DNA of 64,000 bases, from assembly GCF_018350175.1 (NCBI RefSeq), contig NC_058368.1:28956001-29020000 (forward strand), written 5' to 3'. The stretch is from Felis catus (Eukaryota). The position numbers and the translations under genes are program-made. Below, in pieces: positions 25,875 through 38,010 of the stretch; positions within the stretch are counted from its first letter, which is position 1, and each line of letters begins with the position of its first letter. The notes under the pieces were generated by a model, which saw nothing but the letters and a program-made list of their open reading frames with translations, was not told where the DNA came from and did not search any database.

Positions 25875-26390
25875 TGTGCAATTGACTCCAAGTAGCAGAA
25901 AACCCAACTGACAGTAGCTTAAACCATAAGGACATTTATGATTTGCTTATGTGGAAGACCAGAGTTACATGACTCCGGGCTGGTTCAGCAGCTCAACAGT
26001 GCCATTTGGGGACATTAGCTCCTCCATCCTTCCGTCTGCCACTTTCGACTTATTTCCACGTGGTTTATCAGATGTAGGCTGCAGCTCTGGGCATCACATC
26101 CTGACTCTGTTTCCCAAGGCAGCAAGTGCGTGCGTGTTCCAGGGCAAAGAAGGGCAGTGCATCCGGGGCAGCGAGAGAGCTCTGCTTTTACCTGGGAGGA
26201 AGATCTTTCCCAGAAACCTCCTGATAGACTTTCTCTTCCATCTCAGGTCTCATGCCTTTCCCTAAACCAGGCACTGGCAAAAGGGAACGCTATGTTTAAT
26301 CCCAGTCAACAATGATTCATCTGACTCCCGTTTAAAAAGAAGAAAGAGGGAGTGGATGGGTGTTGGGCAGGCAGCTAGAAATATCTGCTG
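25875..26390. mobile_element. Old MaLR LTR (MLT1J/K-like)
   Basis: caagtagcagaaaacccaactgacagtagcttaaacc...ggctgcagctctgggcatcacatcc...gttgggcaggcagc. Confidence 0.7.
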
Positions 26391-27667
26391 TGCCCCACCT
26401 AGTCTCCCGCTGGAAAATGAGAATCAGCTACGGTGGCCAGTCATACCTCCAAGGGCTAACTCTTCTTCCCGCATTATAATCTGGCTATTTATATCATTTT
26501 ACTGATGGTTTTTAAAAATCCTGAACTTGAGGAGGAGCCTAAAATATATGAGCCTTGCCCAGAATTACAAGGTTTTAGTGAGTCATGTCCCTTCCCTGCT
26601 CTGACTTTGGGTTGCTTTACTCTGGAACATTTTTATGAGTTATATGTTACAAGATTCATGGTTTTTTTCCAATCTAATTCATATGTAAGAGGACTCGTAG
26701 GATTACAGCTTTTAGGATTACAGCACACTTCCCTAAACGGAAGTAGATTGTGTCAGCCGTGAGAAACACATCAGAGGTCTTGACACATGCATCAGTTTGC
26801 ATCAAAAGCTGTAAGGGGCCATGATATTTGTGGTTTGGGGGAAATTTTGATCCATTTAATGATATAGTAATGCCTATTTCAGTAATTGGAATGATTTACT
26901 TGAGCTCTTTCTAGGTGAAACCATCCCTCATAGGAAATGCATTCCAAATCCTCAACACAAACTTCAAAGTATTCAGTAGTTTATCAACTTTCAGAATGAC
27001 CAGTGGCTCCATGGCACATGTCTGTCCCCAGGAGACAAGCTTCCTCAAATGATAGGCCTTCCCAAGTATCTGTTTCAGTTTCTGTCCTGGGTTGGACTGA
27101 CCTAGACTTCCTGCCTTGTACTTTTTATGAATCATTGTCAATTCTTGTAAGAGATGCCCTAAAATGCCTTTGAAAACCCCTTGGCAGATGTGCTAGAGAA
27201 ATATATTCCTGTGAGTCTAATAGCATTCATAAAGTGACACAAAATTAGATAAACTTCCCAAAATGCCTTTTTTTTTTTTTTAAGTAAGTGTCCTGGAATT
27301 TTGTGGTATGTATTTCTCTGGAATAAATCACATTTGGGCTGATAATTATTGTTAAGAATTTGTCGATTTTGAAACATCTCTAGACTCCCACTTGGGATTG
27401 GTATATGGCTGTCTTGTTAGCAATGTACTCAAGGCCATCTCCCTTTCCCAGCAGATGGCCTGGGAAGACACAGGCGGCAAAGAACATACCAGTTCCTTTC
27501 TCCCCGGGAATTTCATAGCCAATTTTCTGCCTCCATGATGGCCCATTTTGAGTGTCTTTGCAACTCCAAGAGCATGATTTCGGAGGTCACAGAGGGACAA
27601 TTTGCAGGGCTTTTCCTTTTATCTTGTGCCATCATTTTTAGTATTTGTTCTTAAAAGACTGTTCTCA

Positions 27668-27852
27668 AGGCTCAGTTGGTTGAGCATCAGACTCTTGCTT
27701 TTGGCTCAGGTCATGATCCCAGGTTGTGGGATCAAACCCCACATCAGGCTCCATGCTGAGCATGGAACCTGCTTAAGATTCTCTCTCTCTCCCTCTGCTT
27801 CCTTCCCCACTTGCACTCTCTCTCTCAAATAAAAGAAAACAATAAAAAAATT
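27668..27852 (+). mobile_element. Slightly 5'-truncated carnivore SINE
   Basis: TSD aaagactgttctc 27654-27666 and 27853-27865. Confidence 0.92.
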
Positions 27853-27967
27853 AAAGACTGTTCTCTTACACTAGAATATCTGGATTGTAGGAAATATCTA
27901 AAGAAGATAACTAATTTTTTTAAGTTACTAGACACATAGGAATTTGCTTTCTTTTTCTCTTCTGAAG

Positions 27968-28184
27968 TTTTTTTATTGAATTTTTTTTTTACATTCATTT
28001 ATTTTTGATAAAAAGAGCACAAGTGGTGGAGAGGCAGGGAGAGAAGGAGACACAGAATTCGGAGCAGGCTCCAGGCTCTGAGCTGTCAGCACAGAGCCCG
28101 ATGCAGGGCTTGAACTCACAAACTGTGAGATCGTGACCTGAGCTGAAGTCGGACGCTTAACTGACTGAACCACCCAGGCGCCCC
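27968..28184 (-). mobile_element. Carnivore SINE
   Basis: ends ccacccaggcgcccc. Confidence 0.93.
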
Positions 28185-28233
28185 TGAATTTTTTTTATTT
28201 TTAAACAACATACCTGAATACACATGCCCACTT

Positions 28234-28238
<5 letters not shown>

Positions 28239-28268
<30 letters not shown>
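28239..28268. repeat. (CA)n microsatellite
   Basis: direct reading. Confidence 0.95.
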
Positions 28269-28271
<3 letters not shown>

Positions 28272-28658
28272 AAGTGAAGAATGATATTCAGAACAATTTT
28301 TCCAATAATGCTGTCATTGCTGAGACCATTTTTGGAACTTCATCTTTTAGAATTGGCCCAAAGAAGACTCACAACTCTTATAAGCAAACTAGTCTCATCA
28401 TTGTGTAAGTGTACCTTGTTTTGACTAAAGCCACAGATTGATCACCTTATTTACAAGGTTTGGAATCACTGAAATCAGAGCATCTCAACACTAGGCAAAA
28501 TGGCAGAAATCATTGAGTTCAACTCCCTTAGTTCTGATGAGAAAGTTGAGGGCCAGAGAAGTCAATTGACTTGCCAAAGGGTACATAGCAAGTTAGAAAA
28601 TAGTTTATACCAGAAATCAACTCCAAGTATCCTTTTACTGTTTGTTAAAAATCAAACC

Positions 28659-28870
28659 AGGGCGCCTGGGTGGCTCAGTCGGTTGAGCGGCCGACTTTGG
28701 CTCAGGTCATGATCTCATGCTCCATGAGTTCAAGCCCCGCGCCGGGCTCTGTGCTGACAGCTCAGAGCCTGGAGCCTGTTTCAGATTCTGTGTCTCCCTC
28801 TCTCTGACCCTCCCCTGTTCATGCTCTGTCTCTCTCTGTCTCGAAAATAAATAAAACGTTAAAAAAAATT
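28659..28870 (+). mobile_element. Carnivore SINE
   Basis: TSD aaaatcaaacc 28648-28658 and 28871-28881. Confidence 0.94.
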
Positions 28871-29102
28871 AAAATCAAACCTAGTTTTAATACATATTTT
28901 CCACCATTAAAGATATTAAAGAAGAATCTGTCATGGACTCTGTAGATCCTTCCAGAAGCAGTCCATAATTTGTTTTGAGCAGTGATAATATTGTTGTAAT
29001 CAAAGCATCTTTTAAAAAGCTTATATTATTATTATAGTAATAATAATATGTAAGTTCCATTGTATTTGTTTTTAAAAAAACCTGTTAGACTATAGTTATA
29101 GG

Positions 29103-29312
29103 TTTAAAAATATTTTTTAATGTCTTTATTTTGAGAGAGAGACAGAGTGCAAGCGGGGGGAGGGGCAGAGAGAGAAGGAGACACAGAATCTGAAACAGGT
29201 TCCAGGCTCTGAGCTGTCAGCACAGAGCCTGATGTGGGGCTCGAACTCACAGACTGTGAGATCGTGACCTGAGCTGAAGTCGGACACTTAACCAACTGAG
29301 CCACCCAGGCTC
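29103..29312 (-). mobile_element. Carnivore SINE
   Basis: flanked by tagttatag on both sides. Confidence 0.92.
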
Positions 29313-29479
29313 AGCTAGTTATAGCTTTTATATAGATTTCTTAAATTCAAAACAGAATAAAACACTATCCCAGTTTTTAAATGTTCCTTGTTTTTCTCAT
29401 TTCTCATGGAGAACATCTACAGAATGCTCCAAAGTGCTCCAAACAGTATCTGCTGGGCTGAGGCAAGCTTGTCCTTGTG

Positions 29480-29668
29480 CTGTGCTGTCCAGTGAAAAAG
29501 CCACTAGCCACACGTGGCTATTTAAATTTAAATTTTAGTTAACTAAATAAAATGTAAACTTCATGTCCTCAAGTACTCAGTAGCCACATTGGGCTAATAG
29601 CTATCATATTAGATACTACAGCTGTAAACATTTCTATCAACATAGAAAATTTTATTGATTAGCGCTGG
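29480..29668. mobile_element. hAT-Charlie MITE (MER3/MER33-like)
   Basis: gtgctgtcca...gccactagccacacgtggctatttaaatttaaat...aacatttctatcaacatagaaaattttattgattagcgctg. Confidence 0.75.
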
Positions 29669-31183
29669 CCTAGAATTCTTATAGTTCATATGTATTTTAA
29701 TCTACTGTTTATCTCTTATATTACCTCTGGACAAGTTAGAAAGTGATGACAAGTTCTGGGAAAGTTTTTTAAATGTTTATTTGTTCTCTGAATGTTTCTA
29801 GCTTTTCTGCATAGTTTAATTTTAAAAAGGAGAAAATATTTACTTTCCTCCATTTTTAGAGCATGATTGTGTGTGTGGAATTCGTATCAATTGTCTTGTC
29901 CCGGCTGCTGAATTTTCTTAAAGTATGCTAAAATTGTGGCCAAAACCCTGTTAATGCTGCCAAAGCTATTGGCAGAAATCTCTTTACGATGGTGTAACAT
30001 TTGAAATTAACTAGTCTGGACATAGACAAGGGAAGTTATGTTGAATTCATTCTTAATAGTCATTTTACTTGCAAAGACTCTATATTACCCACCTACCTTC
30101 ATTAATCCAACATCTAGAATGGAAGTCCAGGCACTAACAAGGAATGGGTCAGCTCTAAAGACTGATCTGGCATCATGCCTCTGGTCCAGGTGCAAGCCCC
30201 ACCCTGCTCTACCCTCAGCAATTAGAGAGCAGTGACCAATCCTCCATGGCTTTCTACTTCGTACGATGTCCTGCCAGAACATCTTCCAGAAGACTTTTTG
30301 AACAAATAAATGCATATTTGATTTGGTCTGCCCTGAAAACCATTACATTTAACAGCAGACTCGTAGGATTCATGAAGTGTGACTGCTTTGAGTTCTTTTT
30401 ATTGTGGAACGGTGTCCACTGAATGAACTTAGTACGACTGGAATTCTTGGGTGATTATCAGTCCTTTTGCTGAATCTGTGCTGAGTGAAATTAGGGACCA
30501 GTGAGTCACAGGCTATCACGGAAGAGGGCTAAAGTGCAGCTTGTTCTGTTTGCCATTGCAGGAATAGTAAATCCTGTATTAAACTAAAGGTGAATTAGGA
30601 AAGCTACAAAGCACCATAATAAATTAGAGAGGGTCCAGAAAATAAGTAAGCAGTTTTTAGTTTCTGTGTGTATAACTTTAATATACCACTGCAGCACACA
30701 CAGATACATTTGCTATTTTTTGTTTTCCACATGTGTTATACAAAGTATTTCTCAAAAGGATCGAATGTCTTTGAAAATTAAATAGGTAAACGTGTATCTG
30801 CTGAGACTCAGCTGGAACAGCTGGGCAGTGATCCTTTTCAACCGTCCAGAGAGTGTCAGTCTCTGGTGAGATCCACTTTCCCTGCTTCTCGAAGGTGTTT
30901 GTTGTTCCTGGTGTGGTTGCTGGAGGCACGTGCTGCCCCAAGAGAATTCTGAAGCTATAACTCAGCCCAGTTTCTTTTCTTTTTTTTGCTTTTTCAAAGA
31001 AATTTTTTTTTTAAATCAAATGTCTCCTTGCCAACTAAATGGATGTGAAATCTGATGAAGTTGTTTGCCAAACTCTAAACAGCATCTATTGTGTCCTGTT
31101 GCCTGAGGTTATTCTTCTTTCTGTCCTGCAGTCTCTGGGGTTGCTCATGAGATAGTGATAATGTCTCAATTCTTCGTTTGTAG

Positions 31184-31292
31184 ATAACAATCAACAGAGA
31201 TAGTGGTGAAGACGTGAGTTCCCCCAAACACGGGAAGGAGGACCCAGACAACATGCCCCACGTGGGCGGGAATACTTGGGCTGGCGGAACAG
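31184..31292 (+). CDS. VWA8: VWA8 internal coding exon (109 nt, phase 0 to 1): ITINRDSGEDVSSPKHGKEDPDNMPHVGGNTWAGGT(G)
   Basis: Acceptor ttcttcgtttgtag|ATA, donor ACAG|gttggt. Translated by hand (not in ORF track); the peptide matches the recalled VWA8 motif PKHGKEDP..PHVGGNTWAGGTGG and joins in frame to the next exon. Confidence 0.95.
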
Positions 31293-33204
31293 GTTGGTAG
31301 CACCCGCATCCTCCTGGGTCGAGCTTCCCAAAACTTCACAAGCCCAGGTAGAATGCACACCACCCCTGAGAAGGCACAGAGACCTCTTCCTTTCTCTGCC
31401 TCCCCCGTTAGTCAGCGGGACTGTGCTTTTGCCCTGAGTCCCAGTGTGACATCAACACGTGACAAAGCTCTAGCCTTTGGAGCCCCACAGATGCTGCCAC
31501 CTTGTGACCGGAGACCATTCTGACCCTCCCAGGGTGGCTTCATCAGTAAATTGGAAAATACTACCTGCCTTACCAGGTTGTGGTGAGGATTGAATGAAAT
31601 CACGATTGTAAAGTGCTGCGCACAAGCCCTGGTCTGAAGAATGTATTCATTAAAAATGTTAACCCCTTCTAAATTCCATGCCCTTGGGATCATGCCAGCA
31701 ATCTATAGCAAATTCTTTCTTGCCCAGCTGACTTGGAAAAGAAGTGGTCCTCGCCTTCCACATCTCAGAAGTGAGTGTGTTGAGGATGCAGGATTTTGAG
31801 ATAAGAGAGTCGGCTGCAGTTTGAACTGATGGCCGTGGTCCGTTCCTTCCTCTTGGCTGCCTGATGAGACCATTGTTCCCATGACTGCTGCCTTCCTCTT
31901 TCCTCTGCGGCAGCCGGACACACACATCTGCTGGGCCGCAGGAATAGGGCCAGACTGTGTGTGCACCGTCTGATCTTATCTCTGTCTCGTGTTGGCACGA
32001 GCTCCATGCTTCTCCTTCCCGAAGGATGGTGTGTGCCTCTTGGCCTTGACAGCCTCGGGAGGAAATGGGTTTCTGTGCTGAGACAATGTGCTATCAAATA
32101 GGCCCGTAGACTTCTTGCCTGTTCTGTTTATTCATCAAGCATCAGCTTTAAAGAAAGGGTATTTTTAGAAATGTCCTTTGATCTCGAAATCAGTGTCAAG
32201 GCAGCACGATTTAATCCATGTGGAATGCGTTGTGAAATGAGCTGGCCTGACGTACATTTCCCAGCAGTGGACTACTCTGGAGCCGAGGGTCTCGCTTGTT
32301 AATCACCTTCAATCTACTAGCTCACCTCTGCCCAGACTGAAGACCCTGCTTTTGCGTCCCCCAGCCTTTATTTTTCTATCTGCCGAATCTTTTTTGCTTC
32401 AACTTCTTTGTCTGTCATTCTCCCTCAGAATTCTCTACATTGAACAGAGTTCTGACCCAAATCACCTGATCCCTCTTTTATCACCTGAGCCCCTCCCTTT
32501 CTTGTTCTCCCCATACCTTAGGAGCTGATTTAAGTTGCCTGAGACTAGCTTCAAGATGATGCCTTGAAGTCTAGAACCTCTGACCAGTGTTTTCATTTAA
32601 GTCATACAAGTTAAAGGCTCTCAGAAGTAGAGGTCATGAAGAGCTCCCCCCTGTTGCCCTCTCCACCCCCATGGGACTTCCCTGAGGGCCCCTGTGACTC
32701 ATGCTGACTGCTCACACCAGCCTCTGAATGGTTGTCATCTCAGCACCTAGGAGGTGTTAAGCTCTAATCATGATCCACCCATGCCTAAGGGAGTCAGGTC
32801 ACAAAAATAGCTTTTCTACCTCTGTAGCTCATCGTCATTGTCCAGTTACTGGTCCCCTCTGCCCACAGGCTGTCCCTGAGTGAGAACCAGCAATCACACC
32901 ATCTAAGAAGAAATTTTCCACCATCAATTTCCAAATAAAAATGAAGTCAGACATGCTCAAATCAAAGGGTAAACATACTATAATTAATAGGCTGTTGTCA
33001 TGGTGTTTCCAAAAGGAAATGACCTACCTGGACTTTGGTAAGGGAAGCAGTACATGCTGAGTTCTTACTTTTCATTTATTATACCAGTGAAGGCTCCAAG
33101 GGGGAAAACGTCAATGTAACATAATTTAACAAAAGCCTAAAAGCTTTCAAAATTTCCACCTTGTGAAACTTAGAAATGACCTCATTCTATGTGATGAGAG
33201 GTTG

Positions 33205-33420
33205 TCTAATTAATAATAGTAAGAGCAACCACTTCTATATTTTCCACCAGATACTGTTCTAAGCATTTTAGCTTCATGAAAGTCCCAAGAAGCTAAGTAG
33301 TATTAGTATCTCCATTTTACAGATGAAGAGACTGAGACACAGAGAAGTTAAGGGACTTCCTTCAAGGACACACGACTAGTGCATTGGAGCCAGGATTCAA
33401 ATTCAGCCTGTCTGCTTAAC
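33205..33420 (-). mobile_element. MIR fragment
   Basis: ccattttacagatgaagagactgagacacagagaagttaag...ggattcaaattcag. Confidence 0.8.
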
Positions 33421-34338
33421 TGTACAGTGTTGTATTATATAATACAGGTGTACGATATGACACGATGTAATACTGCACTGCCCCTCCCAATATTGAATTC
33501 TCTTCTGAGTGCCCAAGTTATGTGTGAGTGAACAAAAGAAACTGATTACTAGTATTTTCATCATTATAAAACAGAGGTAGCCCAGAGGCCGAATCTAGCC
33601 AATACATGTATTTTGAGGACCAACACGATATTTTAAATAACTTGAATTTGAATGTATTTAGACAAGGCAAGTTTGCTCTAGCTAGCCAAAGTCGTCACCA
33701 GTTTTTATAGTATTATCTACCTGGTCCTCTAGGCATTTAATTTATATTTACAACACAAACAGTTTCTGTAATATTACATAACACACACTTACAAGCATGC
33801 AGACTTGGGTTTATATTGGAAAGCTGTCCTGCCGCTGACAGTGTCTAAAGCTGACTGGATCTATATCCTGGCTGTCTTTCTCTTCTTTTAAGGAAAAGTA
33901 AGGTAACGTGCGAGGGACAAGGAATGGTGCTCATTTAGTTGACAAATACATACCAAGCTATCTATGGTGCCCAAGCCACTCTTGTAGGTGCAAAGATTTA
34001 AAATTATGTAAGATATAATCCCACCCATCATAACAGTTGGTGAGAAAAGAAAAAATAAATATTAAAGGGTAACAAATAGTGGCCAGGAGTGATCCCTGTG
34101 AGGTAGTCATCGGACGAGATGTCTTGAAATGTGGGTAAACTTTGGCTGGACAGAGAAGACAAAAGGCACCCTAAACAGGGGGAAACCATTTGTTTCCAGG
34201 AGACAACTCATTTGAACATTTAATCACTAAGTGGGTGCCATTCGTATGCTTCACAGGACTGCTTTAAAGGTACGATCTGACTTTTGTCTTGTGGTCTGCA
34301 TCAGTCTTGTCACCTGGACTTTCATGGTTTCCTTCCAG

Positions 34339-34495
34339 GGGGAAGAGACACCGCAGGCCTGGGCGGCAAAGGAGGTCCTTATCGGCTGGACGCGGGCCAT
34401 GCGGTGTACCAGGTGTCTGAGGCCGAGAAAGACGCGGTTCCCGAGGAGGTGAAGAGAGCCGCCAGAGAGATGGGCCAGAAGGCCTTTCAGCAGCG
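34339..34495 (+). CDS. VWA8: VWA8 internal coding exon (157 nt, phase 1 to 2): (G)GRDTAGLGGKGGPYRLDAGHAVYQVSEAEKDAVPEEVKRAAREMGQKAFQQ(R)
   Basis: Acceptor tttccttccag|GG, donor CAGCG|gtgagt; lies in ORF 34284-34499; phase-compatible with both neighbours. Confidence 0.96.
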
Positions 34496-34773
34496 GTGAG
34501 TGGGCCGCCGCAGTGAGAGCAGGGCGGCTGCTGGGGTGTGGTGTGGCGGCGGTCCCCAAGTAGATTCCGCGTCCCATGATTTTCCACCTCATGCAGCAGC
34601 GGGGACCACAAACGGACACCCGCACCGCCCGCCTCCCAGCAGAGGCCAAGTGAACATACTCCCTTGTTCTTTTTGCTTGATGTGAATATGTTAAATGTAT
34701 TCATTACGTATGATTGTGTAGGAAAAGGAATTGAGCACATTGCAAAGTCAAACCAAAGATACTGCTCTGAAGA

Positions 34774-35000
34774 GGGGCGCCTGGGTGGCTCAGTCGGTTA
34801 AGCGTCCAACTTCAGCTCAGGTCATGATCTCTCAGTTCATGCATTTGAGCCCCGTGTCAGGCTCTCTGCTGACAGCTCAGAGCCTGGAGCCTGCTTCAGA
34901 TTCAGTGTTTCCTCCTCTCTCTGTCCCTCCCATGCTTATGCTCTGTTTCTGTCTCTCAATAATAAATAAACGTTTAAAAAAAATTTAAAAAAATTAAAAA
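34774..35000 (+). mobile_element. Carnivore SINE
   Basis: 19-bp TSD aaagatactgctctgaaga 34755-34773 and 35001-35019. Confidence 0.96.
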
Positions 35001-35149
35001 AAAGATACTGCTCTGAAGAAAAATTAAAGTTCAAATCACTCTATCCACATCTGTTCCTAGGCCCCATAGGGAATTTAGAAAACTCTACGTGATAGTCGAT
35101 AGTGCCTTCCTGCCCTCGGGAATCTTGTAGATGTGGGGATAGGACTAGT

Positions 35150-35151
<2 letters not shown>

Positions 35152-35189
<38 letters not shown>
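35152..35189. repeat. (CA)n microsatellite
   Basis: direct reading. Confidence 0.95.
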
Positions 35190-35191
<2 letters not shown>

Positions 35192-36072
35192 AAACTTGCA
35201 CACTCATGCCCACATACACTCCAGAAGTTAAGGCCGCAGTCACGTGGTACAGAGCTGTGCCCCCTGCCAGTACAGAGAAGGGTTGAGGTCGGTGAGGTGG
35301 GGCCTGAGCTCAGCCAGGATTTGGCTCTTCCAGGAAGGGATAACACCAGAGTAGGATGAACATAGTGTCTATGGCAGAGAGAGCCAGCTTATCTATCCAG
35401 GATAACGGGGTACCAACTGGGATGGAGGGGAATGAGGTTGAATGTGGAGTCCCTCTCAAAGGGCAGAGGTCTTGAAATCCAGGCCAACGAGCCTGTGGCT
35501 TTTACACGATCCGGAACCATTCTGGGCCACTTTGATTGGAACCATCTAAAAAATAAGAATCCACATGATGCTTTCACTAGGCATCCACATGTCTAAAAGC
35601 AAAAAATACCAAAGGACCCGCAATATCTCCTTCATGTTTGAGAGAATTGGTAGTGGTTTGGGAGGCTGATTGTTGTGCTCAGTGAAAGGACTGGGTACAG
35701 TCGGAAGAAAGCACCCTCAAGTGTATGTGAGTAATGAAATTCCTCCCACGTAGAACATCTGGTACTACGTTACATGCTGTGCTTACACATCCTGCAAGTA
35801 AACAGGACAGAACAATAGGGACAGAAATGCAGGCCCCTCCGGCCGCGCCCTCAGGAAACCCTGCCAGCAGTAGGACCCTCATATACCCAGGAGGTCAAAC
35901 AAGGCAAAGTGTTCCTCGCAGCTGTTCTGCTGCCATCTCTGGAGGCCTGGAGCAGGTTATTTATCCTCACCGGGCCTGACTTTGCTCTTCTGGGATGGGG
36001 GACTTTCTTCTCTCTTCCTCTCAAAAAAGTTATGGGGGACAGATAACTATGTTAGATGTGAGGAGCAGTTTA

Positions 36073-36283
36073 GGGGCACGTGGGTGGCTCGGTCCATTAA
36101 GTATTCCACTCTTGATCTCAGTTCTGGTCACGATCCTATGGTTCATGGGATTGAGCCCCAAATCAGGCTCTGTGCTGGTAGCAGAGAGGAGCCTGCTTGG
36201 GATTCTTCCTCTCTGCCCCTCCCTGACTTACATTCTCCCTGTCTCTCTCAAAATGAATGAACTTTAAAAAAAAAAAAAAAAAA
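36073..36283 (+). mobile_element. Older carnivore SINE
   Basis: ggggcacgtgggtggctc head, A tail, degenerate TSD gag(g/ga)gcagttta. Confidence 0.9.
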
Positions 36284-37253
36284 AGGAAATGAGGGCAGTT
36301 TAAACTTCTTAAAAAAAAAAAGTGGTAGGAATGCTACATGAAAAGTCTTGCTGGGATTCAAATACTGCTCTACATTTCATACAAACAATAAAACATCCAT
36401 TAGGAAAAGAACCAAAACCACATTAGGTATGCATCGACTAATAAGTTCCTATTGTTGCTATCCTCAGAGCCTCATAAGTAATTATCCCATCTCAAGTTTT
36501 GCCTAAGTGGACAAATAGATTACTCTGACACACACATAGTTCATGGGAGGAGGCAGAAAGACCTTTCAGTAGTGCTTGGGCACAAGTATACAACCCCTTC
36601 TCTGATCTCTGTAATAGGGAGAAGGAACCTGGTTCTGTTAACCACTGCTGACAGGGAGGGGAAGGAAGCATCTGTGATAATAAGGCAACTAAATGTAGTA
36701 GCTACAAGAGAGGAAAGAGATGAAATGGGGAAGAGAGTGAGAAAACCATACACGTCCACTCATTACTGCAGAGAAGAATCTAGTCCATGTAAAAGAGAAG
36801 CCATAAGGTGGTTAAAAGACGAGAGGTGGACAAGAGTATGAGAAAGGAGAGGAAGAAATAAAAACACATGGAGATCCTGAGAAAGACAGGGCATAGCAAA
36901 CACAGCAAAGAGGGTGCTTTCTGCTTTCATGGAGTAAATACTCCTATTTGGTGAGGATCCGGGTTAGTCCTGCTAAAGATTTTCTTTTGCTTTTTAGTAT
37001 GAAACTTCTCAAACATAAACAAAAGTGGAGAGAAAACTTTAAGAACCCTAAGTACCTGTTCTCCCAACTTCAAGAAGAAAAATCTGGCTCCACTCCTAGT
37101 CCCCACCCTTGGTTTGTTTTGAAGCTAATCCAAGATGTCCTATCCTTTCATTGTAAATATTTCAGAATGTATCTCTGAAAGATAAGGATTTTTAAAAAAT
37201 AAAAATAAAAACACACAATACAATTATCGTGTCTTTAAAATGTAATAATTCTT

Positions 37254-37376
37254 GGGGCGCCTGTGTGGCTCAGTCAGTTGAGCAATTGACTCTTGATTTC
37301 GGCTAAGGTCATAATCCCAGGGTCATGAGATCAAGCCCCACACTGGGCTCCTTGCGGGGCATAGAGCCTGCTTAAG

Positions 37377-37428
<52 letters not shown>

Positions 37429-37492
37429 CCTCCTCTGCTCACATGCATGCACTCTCTCAAAAAAAAAAAAAAAAAAAGAAAAGAAAGAAAAA
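37254..37492 (+). mobile_element. Carnivore SINE inserted in an old L1 3' fragment (about 36975-37520, minus)
   Basis: ggggcgcctgtgtggctcag head, (CT)n, A tail, TSD ta(a/g)taattctt. Confidence 0.9.
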
Positions 37493-37850
37493 GTAGTAAT
37501 TCTTTACTATCATCAAATAGTCTGTTTTAAAGCTATTTTGCAATGCTAGGCATATGTGGAATGAGGTCAGGTCCCTCCATTTATGCTTTTATATACCCTG
37601 GACCTTTTCTCCATAGTTCTTATTCCTCTTTCCCTTTATATTATTATTTATATGAAAAGTTGATTTCTCCTCCACTGGCTTTAAGTTCCTTGATGGCAGA
37701 GTATTGTGTTCTGTAATATATCCCCAGTACCTATACCCCAAACCTAGTGCATGGCAAACACTCGTACACTTGTGGAATAAATAATATGCACAAATAATGC
37801 TTTATTCAAAGACGGGCTGATACTTAATTCAGAAACTGGCTAAAACTAGA

Positions 37851-38010
37851 TGGAGTGGGGCAATGGGTTAAATAGGTGATGGGGATTAAGGAGTGCACTT
37901 GTGATGAGCACAGGGTGATGTATGGAAGTGTGGAATCACTATATTGTACAGCTATAGCTAATATAACACTGTATGTTAACTATTGGAATTAAAATTAAAA
38001 CTTAAAAAGA
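37851..38010 (+). mobile_element. Very short carnivore L1 3'-end insertion
   Basis: ggtgatggggattaaggagtgcacttgtgatgagcac...tgtatgttaacta; TSD agaaactggctaaaac(t/c)aga 37831-37850 and 38011-38030. Confidence 0.9.

Noticed and set aside
1..31183. Additional VWA8 exon or nested gene in the first 31 kb
   Set aside because: I found no segment with splice signals plus a VWA8-like or otherwise recognisable peptide; a small exon could be missed by eye.
33431..33446. 16-bp palindrome tgtattatataataca
   Set aside because: AT-rich and short; plausible by chance.
34251..34740. Long antisense ORFs (132 and 158 aa) over the exon
   Set aside because: Expected shadow of GC-rich coding sequence; no recognisable protein.
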